A stretch of DNA of 54,915 nt from positions 62,001 to 116,915 of the forward strand of contig CAUYUJ010000201.1 of assembly GCA_963575745.1 (NCBI GenBank), read 5' to 3'. The translations under genes were made by a program, and so were the position numbers. Position 1 is the stretch's first letter. Every line of letters begins with the position of its first letter. Positions 37,279 through 47,936 of this stretch are shown here, piece by piece. The notes beneath the pieces are model-generated. The model saw nothing but the letters and a program-made list of their open reading frames with translations, was not told the origin of the DNA and did not search any database. The DNA comes from Prorocentrum cordatum. Taxonomy: Eukaryota.

Positions 37279-39849
37279 TTACGAGCGGCGCGGGCGCCTC
37301 ACTGACGGAGCACGCGCGCCTCTGGACTTCGGTAAACCACGGTGCCCCACGCTGGCCGCCGTATAGGACGACACCCTGTTAAGGGCCTGCGTCGGGCTGT
37401 AATAGTCGGTGTCCAGGTACGCGTTAATGCGCTCCTCGTCGTCCAGCCAGCACCCCTCGTCAAAGCTCTTGGTGGACCCGTCAACAATGTTGTGGTAAGT
37501 GCCGATGGCCCTCCAGTAACTGGCGTGGGGAGCCTTCAGCAGAGGTTTACCACCTGGATTGTTGCGGAGGTGCTCCTCGACCGCAACTCCGGTAAACGGG
37601 TTCACAGTCCAGGCCGGGTCGGTAAGCCAGTTGGGGAAGTCGTCGCACGGCAACCATCCAAACCAACAGAGCTTCTCGCGGTGGTCACTTTTACGCTCGG
37701 TGATGTGATCAGCGGGCCAGTTGTCACGGTAAAGTGCCCTCATGGACCCCTGATCGTTAAGAGCGACGTCTAGGATGGTCTGGTGCCAGTAAACCGGAGG
37801 CTTGTTGATGCTGCCCTTTAACTCCTCGGCGCTCCTGACCTCGAGATCCTCGATGAAGTAGTTGCGGTAATACACCTGGAGCCCGTTCATGTAACGGCAA
37901 TAGAGCTTGGCAAGGTCGTGCGTCGCAAACCTGATCACGGTAACCCCAGTTGAGATGTAACCGTGCGGTCCGTAAGTGTCTTCCACCAGGTGCTTAACGG
38001 AGACCACAGTGGGGTTGCCGTGGGGCAGCATCCCGGCCCACGTTAGCAGAAGGCCGTTAAGCTGCTTCTCGTTCATTTCTGGTGCCTTGTTGACGTAGAC
38101 CTGTGTATCTGGGCAGCTGTGAACGTCGAACCACACTGGGTGGAGATCGGTAACGTGGATCGGCGGCACGTACTCGTCGTCGAACAGGGATTGTACGTGC
38201 CCGACCGCGTCAACCCACTCGTCGTGCTTGGCCAGCTCCTTCTCCGTCAACTGAGATCTCCAGCTGCACGGGCCCTTCAACACTGAGTAACCGAGGAAGC
38301 CGTAAGCGTGCTGCCCGTAAATGTCGACGAACACCTCATCGTAGTCGTTAAGCTCCCGCCCCGCGTTGCCCTGAATAGACCGACCACCTGGAGTCGTTAA
38401 CCCCTCTTTTGCCACATGTCCGACGAAGTTGCCTTCGAACCTGCGCCAGTTGTCGCGCGTCTTCATCGTTAACGCGACTACTTCCCTGGGGTCGGGCTCC
38501 ACCTTGTAGTTGACGTCGCGGTCCTCGCTCCTGTCGTTCGCCATGGGCATGCGGCCGTTGACATGGCACAGTGGGCGGTGCATGCCCCTGGCAACGTTCC
38601 GCGAGTATGCCGCAAGCTGCTCGCCCGCACGGTTAACAGCTTGAGGCTGCGGTGGAGGAACGTGCTGGGTCGATAACTTATTGGGCACCGGAGGCGGGGG
38701 ATTCATGCCGCTAACACTGCTCGATGCACCTGACTCGCCAAGGCCTGGAGGAGGCGGCTTGGGCGCCCTCACGTTCACCACCGGGGCAGGACCTTTTGGT
38801 ACTTCGTCACGTTGACTGCCCTGTGCGCGATTTTCATCCATCTTCATTCCCAGCTGCAGTAACTCTTCCAGTTCCCGTTTACGCTCATGCATGGCCTTGG
38901 GTGCTTTCTTGTAAACAGGTTGAGGTGACGTTGACTGCGGGATCTTATTCGGCGACACGGATCGACCGAACCCTCTGGTCTTGGGCGTGGTGCCGGTAAA
39001 GCCCTGAGCCGGGGGTGCACCCGATGCCGCGGCAGCTCGGGCTAGAGGCTTGCTGGCCTCGGCCGCCGCGTTGACTGCAGTGGGAGGCGCCTTGGCGGCC
39101 ACTGCCGTTGGGGGCTGCTCGGGTAACGGCGGAGGAACCTGCGGGATGTTGGTAACCGGGGAGTTGATCGGGTCATGCAAGAACCTCTGTAATCCTTCGA
39201 GCCTCTCGGTTACACTCACCAACATGCGCAGCGCCGCATCACGTTTACCCTCGAAGTCCTGCAGGGGCGTGATGTTCTCGGTAAGGCGCTTGGCGGTGTT
39301 CAGGGGGTAACCAATGTTGTCGTTGATGCGCCTATACTTGGTTGCATTCTCCTCCGTGTTAACTCCCGAGTCACGATTCTGAATGTTCAGGTCCGTAATC
39401 GTCGCCATCAGAGCGTTAATATCCGCCTGCGCCCTTTGGAGATTCTCGTTGACGTCGTCACTGTCCTGGATCAGCGCCTCGTTCTGCCGCGTTAATTCCT
39501 CGATCCTCTTCGCCATGTCATCCGCGGCCCTTTGCACCTCGTCAACGTGTTTGTCGTAGGCTCCGTGGAAGTTGATCGCCATGTTAGTGAGGGTTACGGT
39601 AAACCCGTGAGCAACGTGCACCATGTCGTCAACACGGCGGTTGAGGTTCTCACGCGTAACCGGTCCATCCCCAGCCGGGCTCTGGTCGACCATGGAGCCG
39701 TTAATGGTGAGGTTGACCTGGGGAGCCGCCACGCCTTCGTTCACGCCCAAGAGTAAGAGGTAATGGGTGGAGAAGGCCTTTAATAGCTGCAGTTTGCTTG
39801 ACAGAAATGAGCTGCGAACATCAACATTCGGTAGCTGGCGCAAGCTCAT
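37279..39849 (-). CDS. Extra ORF3 of the Copia element (856 aa): coiled coil, Pro-rich linker, RRM-containing C-terminal region
   Basis: Uninterrupted 2.57-kb ORF between the RNase H stop and the PPT, overlapping the pol end by 29 nt. It has a heptad segment (VDEVQRAADDMAKRIEELTRQNEAL...) and an RRM-like segment QVYVNKAP-EMNEKQLNGLL...VVSVKHL...STGVTVIRFATHDLAKLYCRYMNGLQV at ~38110-37865. Confidence 0.85.
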   Translation of the reverse strand: MSLRQLPNVDVRSSFLSSKLQLLKAFSTHYLLLLGVNEGVAAPQVNLTINGSMVDQSPAGDGPVTRENLNRRVDDMVHVAHGFTVTLTNMAINFHGAYDKHVDEVQRAADDMAKRIEELTRQNEALIQDSDDVNENLQRAQADINALMATITDLNIQNRDSGVNTEENATKYRRINDNIGYPLNTAKRLTENITPLQDFEGKRDAALRMLVSVTERLEGLQRFLHDPINSPVTNIPQVPPPLPEQPPTAVAAKAPPTAVNAAAEASKPLARAAAASGAPPAQGFTGTTPKTRGFGRSVSPNKIPQSTSPQPVYKKAPKAMHERKRELEELLQLGMKMDENRAQGSQRDEVPKGPAPVVNVRAPKPPPPGLGESGASSSVSGMNPPPPVPNKLSTQHVPPPQPQAVNRAGEQLAAYSRNVARGMHRPLCHVNGRMPMANDRSEDRDVNYKVEPDPREVVALTMKTRDNWRRFEGNFVGHVAKEGLTTPGGRSIQGNAGRELNDYDEVFVDIYGQHAYGFLGYSVLKGPCSWRSQLTEKELAKHDEWVDAVGHVQSLFDDEYVPPIHVTDLHPVWFDVHSCPDTQVYVNKAPEMNEKQLNGLLLTWAGMLPHGNPTVVSVKHLVEDTYGPHGYISTGVTVIRFATHDLAKLYCRYMNGLQVYYRNYFIEDLEVRSAEELKGSINKPPVYWHQTILDVALNDQGSMRALYRDNWPADHITERKSDHREKLCWFGWLPCDDFPNWLTDPAWTVNPFTGVAVEEHLRNNPGGKPLLKAPHASYWRAIGTYHNIVDGSTKSFDEGCWLDDEERINAYLDTDYYSPTQALNRVSSYTAASVGHRGLPKSRGARAPSVRRPRRS

Positions 39850-42800
39850 GCCTACCTGTTAATGCACATTGATTCGTGTTTCGCAGATGTGTGCTCATGC
39901 TTTCACGACTGACATACTTGGTCAACGCATCCGCTGCATTCTCGTGTGTCGCTACTTTCCCAATACGAATCACTCCCTCCTTAACTTTCTGCTGTAACCA
40001 CAATTGACACACCTCGATATGTCTTACTTTCCCCAAGCCTCGTCTGCTCGCAATGGCAATCGCAGCCGTGGCGTCGCTCTTCATTGTAATCCCAACTTCC
40101 AAGTTAAAGTCTCTTAATACTGCCTGAAGTCCTAAACCCACTGATCCTCCTTTCACAAGTTCATAATACTCTGCTTCACCTGACGATAATGCGATGACAC
40201 TCTGAGTCGTGCTCCAAGATTTAATGAGATGTTTACCCCACATTACTACTCCTCCACTCGTAGACTTCCTCGTTCGCTTACATCCTGCGTAATCCGTGTC
40301 GGTCCAAATAGTTAATTCTTGGGGCTGCTCCTGCTATTGATACACATAGCTGCTTCTGCTGCGGTACTTCAAATACTTTCCTAACTTGACTAAACCCTTC
40401 CAAGAACTCATCGTTGGCTTTGACATGGCCCTAGCGAGTTCCTTTACAGAATACTGCATGTCAGACCTGTCCTGAGCTAAGTAATTTGCTCTGGCCGTCA
40501 ACGGTTGATATATTTTAGTCATGTTGGGCGAAAGTTCTACCTCATCTCCCTCTTCAACTGGAATTCGCTCACCTGGCACTTCAGTCCTCACTTTTACTCC
40601 TTCTAGCTCAAGCTCTTTCACAATTATCTCTGCATGCCTTTGATCTGCCTCATACCTCAATCCTTCCTTCGTCCATTCCACAATCCTGTTAAGAATTCTG
40701 ATCGCCTTCATGTCCTCCTTCCCTGGTCCAAGTCGTCCTCTCACCTTCACTTCAAACTCCTCCTTAATTTTATTGTCAAACCAGTCGAGATCATGATCGC
40801 CTCCTAACCGCGTGAAATCATCTCCATGAACTGTTAACCATAACGCTCGACTCTCATGCTTGAACACGCATGGTGACGCAATTCCGCTCTTGAACCCAGC
40901 CTCGTTAGCAAAGTCCATGTAACAGTCTTCCCAGTTGCTCGCAGCGTCTCTGGTTCCGTACATTGATTTTAACAGTTTTCCGCACATACCTGGTTCATAG
41001 TCTTCGTCTGGTAACCTGATAAATATGTCTTTCTGTGCAGGAGCGTAAAAGTAAGCTCGTTTGATGTCAACGAATGCTAACTTTAATCCTTTCTCACGCT
41101 CACCGTTCGTGAATCCAACTCCCTCGGTAACTGCCATTGAGAAAAGCAGTTTTTGTGCCTCCAGTGGAGGTGTAGCTGCGAATATGTTCTTTTCTATGGA
41201 ATTGTATTTAACCTGCTGGGCTACCAGCCTTGATCTGCGGTCTGGGCTTAACTCATCTCCTTTGTTGATGTCTATCCATCTGGTTCCGATGGGCGCCTTC
41301 CCCGCGATTTGCCAACACACTTCCTCCTTCACTTTCTCGTAAACTTTGTGTTTCCTGAATTGTTCCATTTCTTCTTGACGTGCTTTTACAGTCAATTTAG
41401 GGTCGAGCTCGTTTCCTGTGACATCATCCCAAGCCTGAGTAATCTCTCCGTTTTCTTTGTGGACAACGTTGATCGTGTTCATTGGGAGAGGGTTAACTGT
41501 ACCAGTTCTTTCGCACGCCGCACATGTGCTAGGCGTCTTGAGCCATCCCCCATGCTCACATGCACAGCACTTCCACCTGTGTGGAGCAATTTCGCCGACA
41601 GCTTCATACGTAAAAGTGGTGGAAGTGTTAACTGGTCCCTTCTTAAACATTCTCCTTCTCTCTTTCCCTGTGATCTCGTTCACAGGCCTGTCCTCGATAA
41701 TCTTCCCGGTGTCCATGTCAGCGGTAATTCTCCTAATGCGTGAACTCCATTGCGGTCCACTTGGTCCCGGCAGCATTAATCTTTGTGTTCCACAATCTCT
41801 CCTCGTCCACGTTAACTGGTGCTTGTGCTTCCTATCTTCGTTCTCATGTTCACATGCCCAGTTAATCTCGCTTATCTGCGCCTCACTTTGTTCTTCTTCT
41901 TCGACTTCCACGTTCGCTACTTCTTCTTCTTTAAATGTACCCCCTTGACGACCGTCGATCTTCATTTGCTTTACAAGTCCTTTCAGTATCGCTCGACACA
42001 GTTCATCTGGGTAGACCTCTGATCTGTGCGTCCTACCGCCACCAGTTAACTCCATGTGTCGACGTTGCCCTTTACATTTCCAACTTAACTCATGGCCGAT
42101 GGCTGAACTATTTGTCATGAACTTGGTCGGTTTCTTAATGAACATCTCTTCGCCTTTGACCATCTGCTTTAAGTCGTAACAGCACAAATCTCCATCGTAT
42201 ACTTTGACATCCTTGTTTCTGAGTAACCGTTGCACCGTTGAAGTGCCCCAGCTGGTTGCTCCTGCAGGGTGCTCAAACAGAAAGTATAACCCACTTCGCC
42301 GTTGAATTTCACAATGCTCCATCGCAAACGTCAAATGCTTGATCCCGTAATCCAACATCTGTTTCACACGGTCAGACCTAATCTTTTAAAGTTGAACGTT
42401 TGGAGTCTGCTGAAGGCTGCGCACATGGGGCTCACCACCAGTAACAGGGCTGCTTTGGATTTGACAATCTTTTTCGCTTTCGCACGCATGGCTGGCACAT
42501 TAAAAACCCATGGGTTACCATGTTGGTCTCGCGTCGTTAAGTCCATTGCTAATCCCGGTATCAATCCCATTTTTTCTGCCATTCCAGTAACTCTCACCGG
42601 CGAATACGCCTCGGTCACGTGCGCCTGAGTCTCGTGTTGACATGCCCCATGGAGCCTGGTGGCTCTCCTTACTTCGTTTAATTGACGTACGATGTTCAAT
42701 TCCCCACTTGTCAACCATTCAACCAGTTCAGAGTCAAATCCCATCATGTTGAGCCCCAATCTGATGTCGTTTACTTCTGACATTTCTTCGTCTTGTTCCA

Positions 42801-44687
42801 TATCCAGTTGACGATGTTGAGTTGCCTGTTGATCTTCTTCGCCATGGTCGTCCTCTGCTTTTCGTTTAATGGGTTTACTCGGGGAATCTTTCATCTCTTC
42901 ATCTTCCACTTCGAACTCGGTCCATCCGGTCCAGTAACCGTTAAAGGGGATTCCCATAGCCCATGTTTGATCGTCTCCATCTTCACCATACCAAGCATCT
43001 TCGTGCTCATGTATCTTGCCGCCGTCAATCATGATCGCGTGGGTATATCTTTTAGGCTTAAGTTTGTCCCAATCTACTGGACACCCACCATTGGTGGGGA
43101 AGGCTAACTCTTTCCTCGGTCGTCGGTGCTGGCATATAACTTTGTTTCCCTTTATCACCCACTCGTCCTTAGGTTCCTCAACTTTGGCGCTCGGCGGAGG
43201 CGGTACATTGATCCTCAGTTTCTTCGCTTGAGTTTCTGATTCTTGTTCGCGATTTTCTGGTGCACGACTTTTACCCTCAAGCCTTAACTGTGCAGACGCT
43301 AGCCTTGCCTGGATGCTCGGGCTCTCTTGTTTCTTTAACCATTCAATAACTCGAGCCCTGCAATCAGCGTTATGCGGTCTGTGTTCTTTGTCTCCTCTCA
43401 CGAGGCATTTACATCCGTAACACCCTGGTGTCGGTCCCATTTTCAAGTATTCGTGCTTTTTAACTGCAATCCCTCGTGCAATGAGCGGCTTCGTCTCAGG
43501 CGCAATTAATTCTTGCCCTGGTAGATCCATGGGTACCATGGTCCTAGACTGTAATTCCATTCCCGCTGTGCTCGGGTCAGGCTGCCAAGGTAACCCCTTT
43601 ATTTCGGTGATCTCGGCAATATTCCATCTTTCCGCATCACTTCCTTTTCTTTTAAACTCGTGCGCCTTGATTGCACCATTGGGCGTCCCAATAATTAGCT
43701 CTTGACTCTTCTCGTTTATGCCTAGAAACACTCCACTTTCCCATCTCATTTCGAGCTTCTCGCGGCCTTTGTGCGCAGGTGTCTTCAAATACATGACGCA
43801 CTCACCAAACTCAGGAATTTGCTTGTTAAACTTTCGCCCCCTGCACCTCTCATGGGCCGTCTTCCCATCCGTGTCTATTGTGAACTTGTTAATCCAAGAG
43901 GACGCGTAGCTCACCAGCCAAGGTATTATCTGATGGCTTTCACCAAACTCAGTCTTATAATTGGCATCTAAGGCGCTCTTTAACGTTCTGACCTGACCCT
44001 GCACTGTCCTAACGGCTCTCTCAATTTCGCCGTTGGCCTTTGAGTCGCCTACTGGGCTAACTTCAACTCCCATGTCAAGATCACACGAAGCTTTAATCCT
44101 ATTGGCCAGTGCTGTGGTTGCCGCTTCCCCATCACTTTTGAGCATCACCTTCCTGTATCCGGTAAAACTTATCATGTCACATCCTACTTTTACCGAGTAC
44201 GAGTCCACTCCCTTTTTCATCAACACTCTGCTCCAAGTTAATTTGGTCTCTCTGCAATGCATGACCAAAATTGGATTGCCATTGCCGGTGCTTTCACCTT
44301 CATCCTTTCTTCCTTTAAGCCACATGTAGTCCATTGAAATCACTGGCACGTTTCCGTTCCCCTCTCTTTTGCGTCTACGGTGATTGCGTCTGCGCGCTTT
44401 CCCTCTGACGCAATGTGGGCACCAACTTCGGTAAGGTAATGCGTCGTGTTATGCGCTTCAACTTCCTCCTTTGAGGGCCTCATGTCACAGTGAACTTTCT
44501 TTGGTAACTCCGCTTGATCACCCACAAATACATCTTCCACATCACTTAACTCACTATCGTTGCCCCCACTTTCACTCCCTTCGTCTCCTTCGGTATTAAA
44601 GACGTTTAAGTTTTCGCTTGGTCTTACGGGTGATGGGGGGCTTAGTAGAACAGATCCGCCTCCAGGGTTCCCGGCCGCGGAAAACCC
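39821..44687 (-). pseudogene. pol: pol: integrase, accessory domains, MTase-like domain, reverse transcriptase, RNase H (2 frameshifts, 1 stop)
   Basis: IN zinc finger H..TH.PYRSWCPHC (1-nt shift ~44437) and DDE core SMDY/KSDGE/NGEIERAV. A further shift lies at ~42365. RT motifs are DIKRAYF, KSMYGTRDAASNW and VHGDDF. A TAG at 40334 precedes RNase H TDTDYAGCKRTRKSTSGG, SSGEAEYY, RHIEV and NAADALTK. Confidence 0.93.
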
Positions 44688-47190
44688 TCAGTTACGTTCA
44701 CTTCACTCCTGGGATTGACGGCCTCCGCTGGTCCCTTCGGTACTGCGATGTTGAACTGGAATGTGCCATTCTTCTCGTGAATGGTTGTGAACTTACCGGT
44801 CGCCTTGTTCATGATGTGGCTCAGGGATCTCCCGTTAGAATCCTTGTCGAACACCACTCTATTTCCAGCGTTTACCATCTCTCTGACAGATCCTAGGACT
44901 TTGTTGACCTCTGCTACCTGAATCGGCATACTGACGGCGTTCCCATGCTCATTTTTACCTGTGATCACTCGTTGACCATAATTCTTTATCGTGGTTCCAT
45001 TTGCTGCACTGTAGCGTCGTCCCTGCTTTGACGCGTCCGTATGCTTAATAGGGAAATGAGTGCCAACTTTGGGGGGTCCCACTGCGTTGCATGCGCCGGA
45101 GTCCACGGTAACCACGATCGTCTCATGCGTTGCACTTGGTGGTGGCACCGCGTTAATCTCTGGATCACAGCCCCGCATCTCAATTAGCCCGATTTCCTTG
45201 CACTTCTCCAGCCAACTTTTTTCCTGCCTCACGCTTTTACTTATTCTCTGGTCCCATTGACTAGCATGATTACAGTCCCCGTTACACTGGTGTTCCTGAT
45301 AAATTCTTTTCAAATTCGCCGCGTTGTTACGTGCCGTTTTCTTTCTGGCGTAATAGGGCAGGTCCCATTTCTCGTTAACCTCCTCGATTGCAGGCTGGTC
45401 TAGCGGCACGTTCATTGCTTCCTTCATCTCAACGCTGAGAACATGCTGTGGTTGGCCGAACGAGGTGGTTTGTTCAATCTGAGTGTTCACTGCAGGTTTC
45501 TCTTGCTCAACTTCGTTGGCGGTCTTCTTGGGGCCCGGACAGTTAATGGCGATATGCCCTTTTCCGCCACACTTGTAACACTCACGCTCGCTGTGCGGGG
45601 TGAACTTCCCTTGGCCTCCGTAGCTTCCTCCCCGCGAGCTACTTCCTTTACCCCCCTGTTTGCCTCCGATCTTACCTTTCACATAGGATCCGTAAGTGGC
45701 TCGGTAACCTTTGCCTTTTCCGCCCTTGCCACCTTTACCTCCTTTGGTGAACTGTTTAGGTCTTGTGCAGTTTCTGGCTAAATGGCCCATGCCTCCACAA
45801 TTGTAACACCTGGGGCCCGCTCCTTTACCTTTGCCTTTGTTTACGGCGTCAATTTCTTCATATTCTCCACCGTCACTCTCATTGGCCCAGGACCCGTAAT
45901 TCCACGATCCATCTTCTGACCACAAGTTTCCATCTTCGTCAACCCATCCTGTTTGGTCCCAAACATTTTCGGACCCTTGACTCATCTCGTTGATATTCCC
46001 AATGTCCATTGCATCCTTATTTTTCGTATCTGAGTCAAGTTTCTTTTTACGCGCCCAGTCTTCGCACTTTGAGTGCAATTTCTGAAATGAGTCAATGTTA
46101 AGCGCGTCAGGCGTTCGCCAACACGCCTGCTGCCATTCGTCGAACCAGTCATTCGCGCGCACCATTATGGCCCTGAGCGCGGTGACTTTAAAAGGAAGAG
46201 GCAGCGAGTAATCTTACCATATTTCTCAAGATTTTCTGCCAACGCGCTCCATTCCTCAAGTCGGGTAACGGTGTCAGTGATCTTCTTGGGCGGCTCAGGA
46301 TTCATGGCATGCGTCATTTTTGATGATAAGGTCGCCCCGGTTACCGCCGAGTACCATTTGTAAACCTTTTGCCAAGCCATGATTCCATCTCCATCCATCA
46401 GTCCCTTTAATTTTCCTCTGGCCTCCGCACCTTCAAGTTTCTCGTTCAGAATGTACCATAAGTCTTCCTCCATCTGAGTTTTGTCTCCCTCGGTGAACTC
46501 ATATTCGCCTTTGTTGTCGTCCTCGGCCTGTTTGGCTTGATTCGCCTTCGGGTACTCACTTGCAGTTAATCGGCCGTTCATTATGCGTATGATGTCGTCA
46601 TCGTCCTCCTCTGGTACGACTCCGTCAAGCGTCTCCAGCTTCTTGTTTAGCATTTTCAGTGCCGGTCGGTAACTCGGCTTCACTTGGGCTAGTGCGTTCA
46701 AGAACTTGTCGCTCCAGTCTCTGAACTTTGCTCTTTCCCCACTGAAGTTCTTTAGCGCCTGTAATGCTTTATATTCGCTTATCGGTTTACTGCTCCCGTG
46801 CTTGCTTCCGCTTCCTCCTTTAATCGCTTCCGAGACCTGACCAAACCTTTCGATCAACTTTTCTTGTACTTCACTGTTGGTCTCCAACTCGGTGACTCTT
46901 TCCACCAATCTGCGAGCATCCCTTTCGAGTGCAGCGCTTCTCTTTGTGATCGCTAACAGCATGCTGTTGGTCTTGTGGGCACTCTGTAACATTTGGAACG
47001 CTTCGGCATTCGATACCTCCCTTCGATCCTGTGTTACTCGCTCGTTAATGAACGTTGCGAGTCCGAAATGGTTCGCGAGTAGCGCCGTCTGAACGTAACT
47101 GAAGTCTCCGCTCATGTATGCTTGCTCGCACAGATCGTTGAAGCGATTCGGGTCCATGTTGACACCCAGACAATCTCCGGCACGCGGCAA
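44642..47190 (-). pseudogene. gag: gag-protease ORF (1-nt frameshift ~46215)
   Basis: FSGERAKFRDW capsid-like motif, zinc knuckles CYNCGGMGHLARNC and CYKCGGKGHIAINC, GKG-rich tract, and aspartic protease VTVDSGA in the same frame, ending at TAA 44642. Confidence 0.9.
44655..44687 (-). promoter_or_regulatory. Putative -1 programmed ribosomal frameshift signal
   Basis: G GGT TTT heptamer (44687-44681) is in phase with the gag frame. The -1 frame has a TGA immediately upstream and is then open into the IN zinc finger. A stem CCGGG-AAC-CCTGG starts 6 nt downstream. Confidence 0.65.
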
Positions 47191-47310
47191 CGAATGTGCG
47201 CGATCATAGACGTGGACGGCATCCGGCCGAGGTCGCTCTACGTGGAGGACTCGTAATGCAGGGTCATGAGCGCAGCTGCGCTCGCACGACTGCCATGGCT
47301 ACCGTCGCAT

Positions 47311-47322
47311 CCGACTATACCA
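47311..47322 (-). other. Primer-binding-site-like sequence
   Basis: Minus strand reads ...CA|TGGTATAGTCGG directly after the 5' LTR. TGGTAT matches the usual tRNA-iMet type start; the remainder is uncertain. Confidence 0.55.
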
Positions 47323-47567
47323 TGGCAGGAAGAAAGAGCACCGAGTATGGTTGCAGTGCACGGAGCCGTGTGTCAAATTGTACAAACTAAGGTTCCACCT
47401 TTATACTCCCCGAACTAACACAGCGGTCTATGTCATCGCAGCTTCGGACCGTGATTAGAACACTTGAGCGCAGAGGCAGCTAGGGTTACTATTCACTATG
47501 AGCCCCTGGTCACTGACTTCAGATTACTCTATCAGACGGCCTTGCATCTCGGCGAACCTATTTATCA
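47323..47567 (-). repeat. 5' LTR, insertion-rich copy (~245 bp)
   Basis: Colinear with 36697-36871 but with many short insertions; the right boundary is approximate. Confidence 0.65.
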
Positions 47568-47916
47568 CCTCTGTGCACTCCTCGCCAACCTCCTCTCACC
47601 ACTTACGACGGCCTGAGCTCTACACCACTACAGGATCGACGGGGGTATGCGACATGCCTGACGCTTGTTTCGGACTGCAATTATAATCCCCAAGCAAAAT
47701 GCTTCACGTATCAAGAAAAAAGAAGTGCGCCCGCCAGTTCAATCGATTTTTCTTCCATCCTAGCCGATTCGACTTCTTGTTAGCAGTGCGAAAGAGCTCC
47801 TTCCTCCTCCTCCTCTCCTCCCCTCCTCCTCCTCCTCCTCCTCCCACTCCCATCTGGTTACTCCTCCAGGTCCGTGTAATCATCCTATTCCTCCCCCGCC
47901 TCCTCCTCCTCCTCCT

Positions 47917-47936
47917 CAGTGACATGTTGGCTCAAG
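47917..47936 (+). other. Spliced-leader relic upstream of the decayed LINE
   Basis: CAGTGACATGTTGGCTCAAG; the last 14 nt match DinoSL CATTTTGGCTCAAG at 13/14. Confidence 0.55.

Larger units (their letters stand above)
36697..47567 (-). mobile_element. Ty1/Copia LTR retrotransposon, ~10.9 kb, near full-length, with extra domains and a third ORF
   Basis: Order on the minus strand: LTR, PBS, gag (2x CCHC), PR, IN, RT, RNase H, ORF3, PPT, LTR. IN before RT is the Copia order. The element is inserted in a (CCT)n tract (left flank CCTCC, right flank CCTCT). Confidence 0.95.

Noticed and set aside
37279..39849. ORF3 as a retroviral-type envelope gene
   Set aside because: No clear C-terminal transmembrane helix or fusion-protein pattern; the recognisable features are a coiled coil and an RRM.
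47323..47567. Dating the Copia insertion as ancient from LTR divergence
   Set aside because: Differences are one-sided insertions that conflict with nearly intact ORFs, so they probably reflect sequence error.
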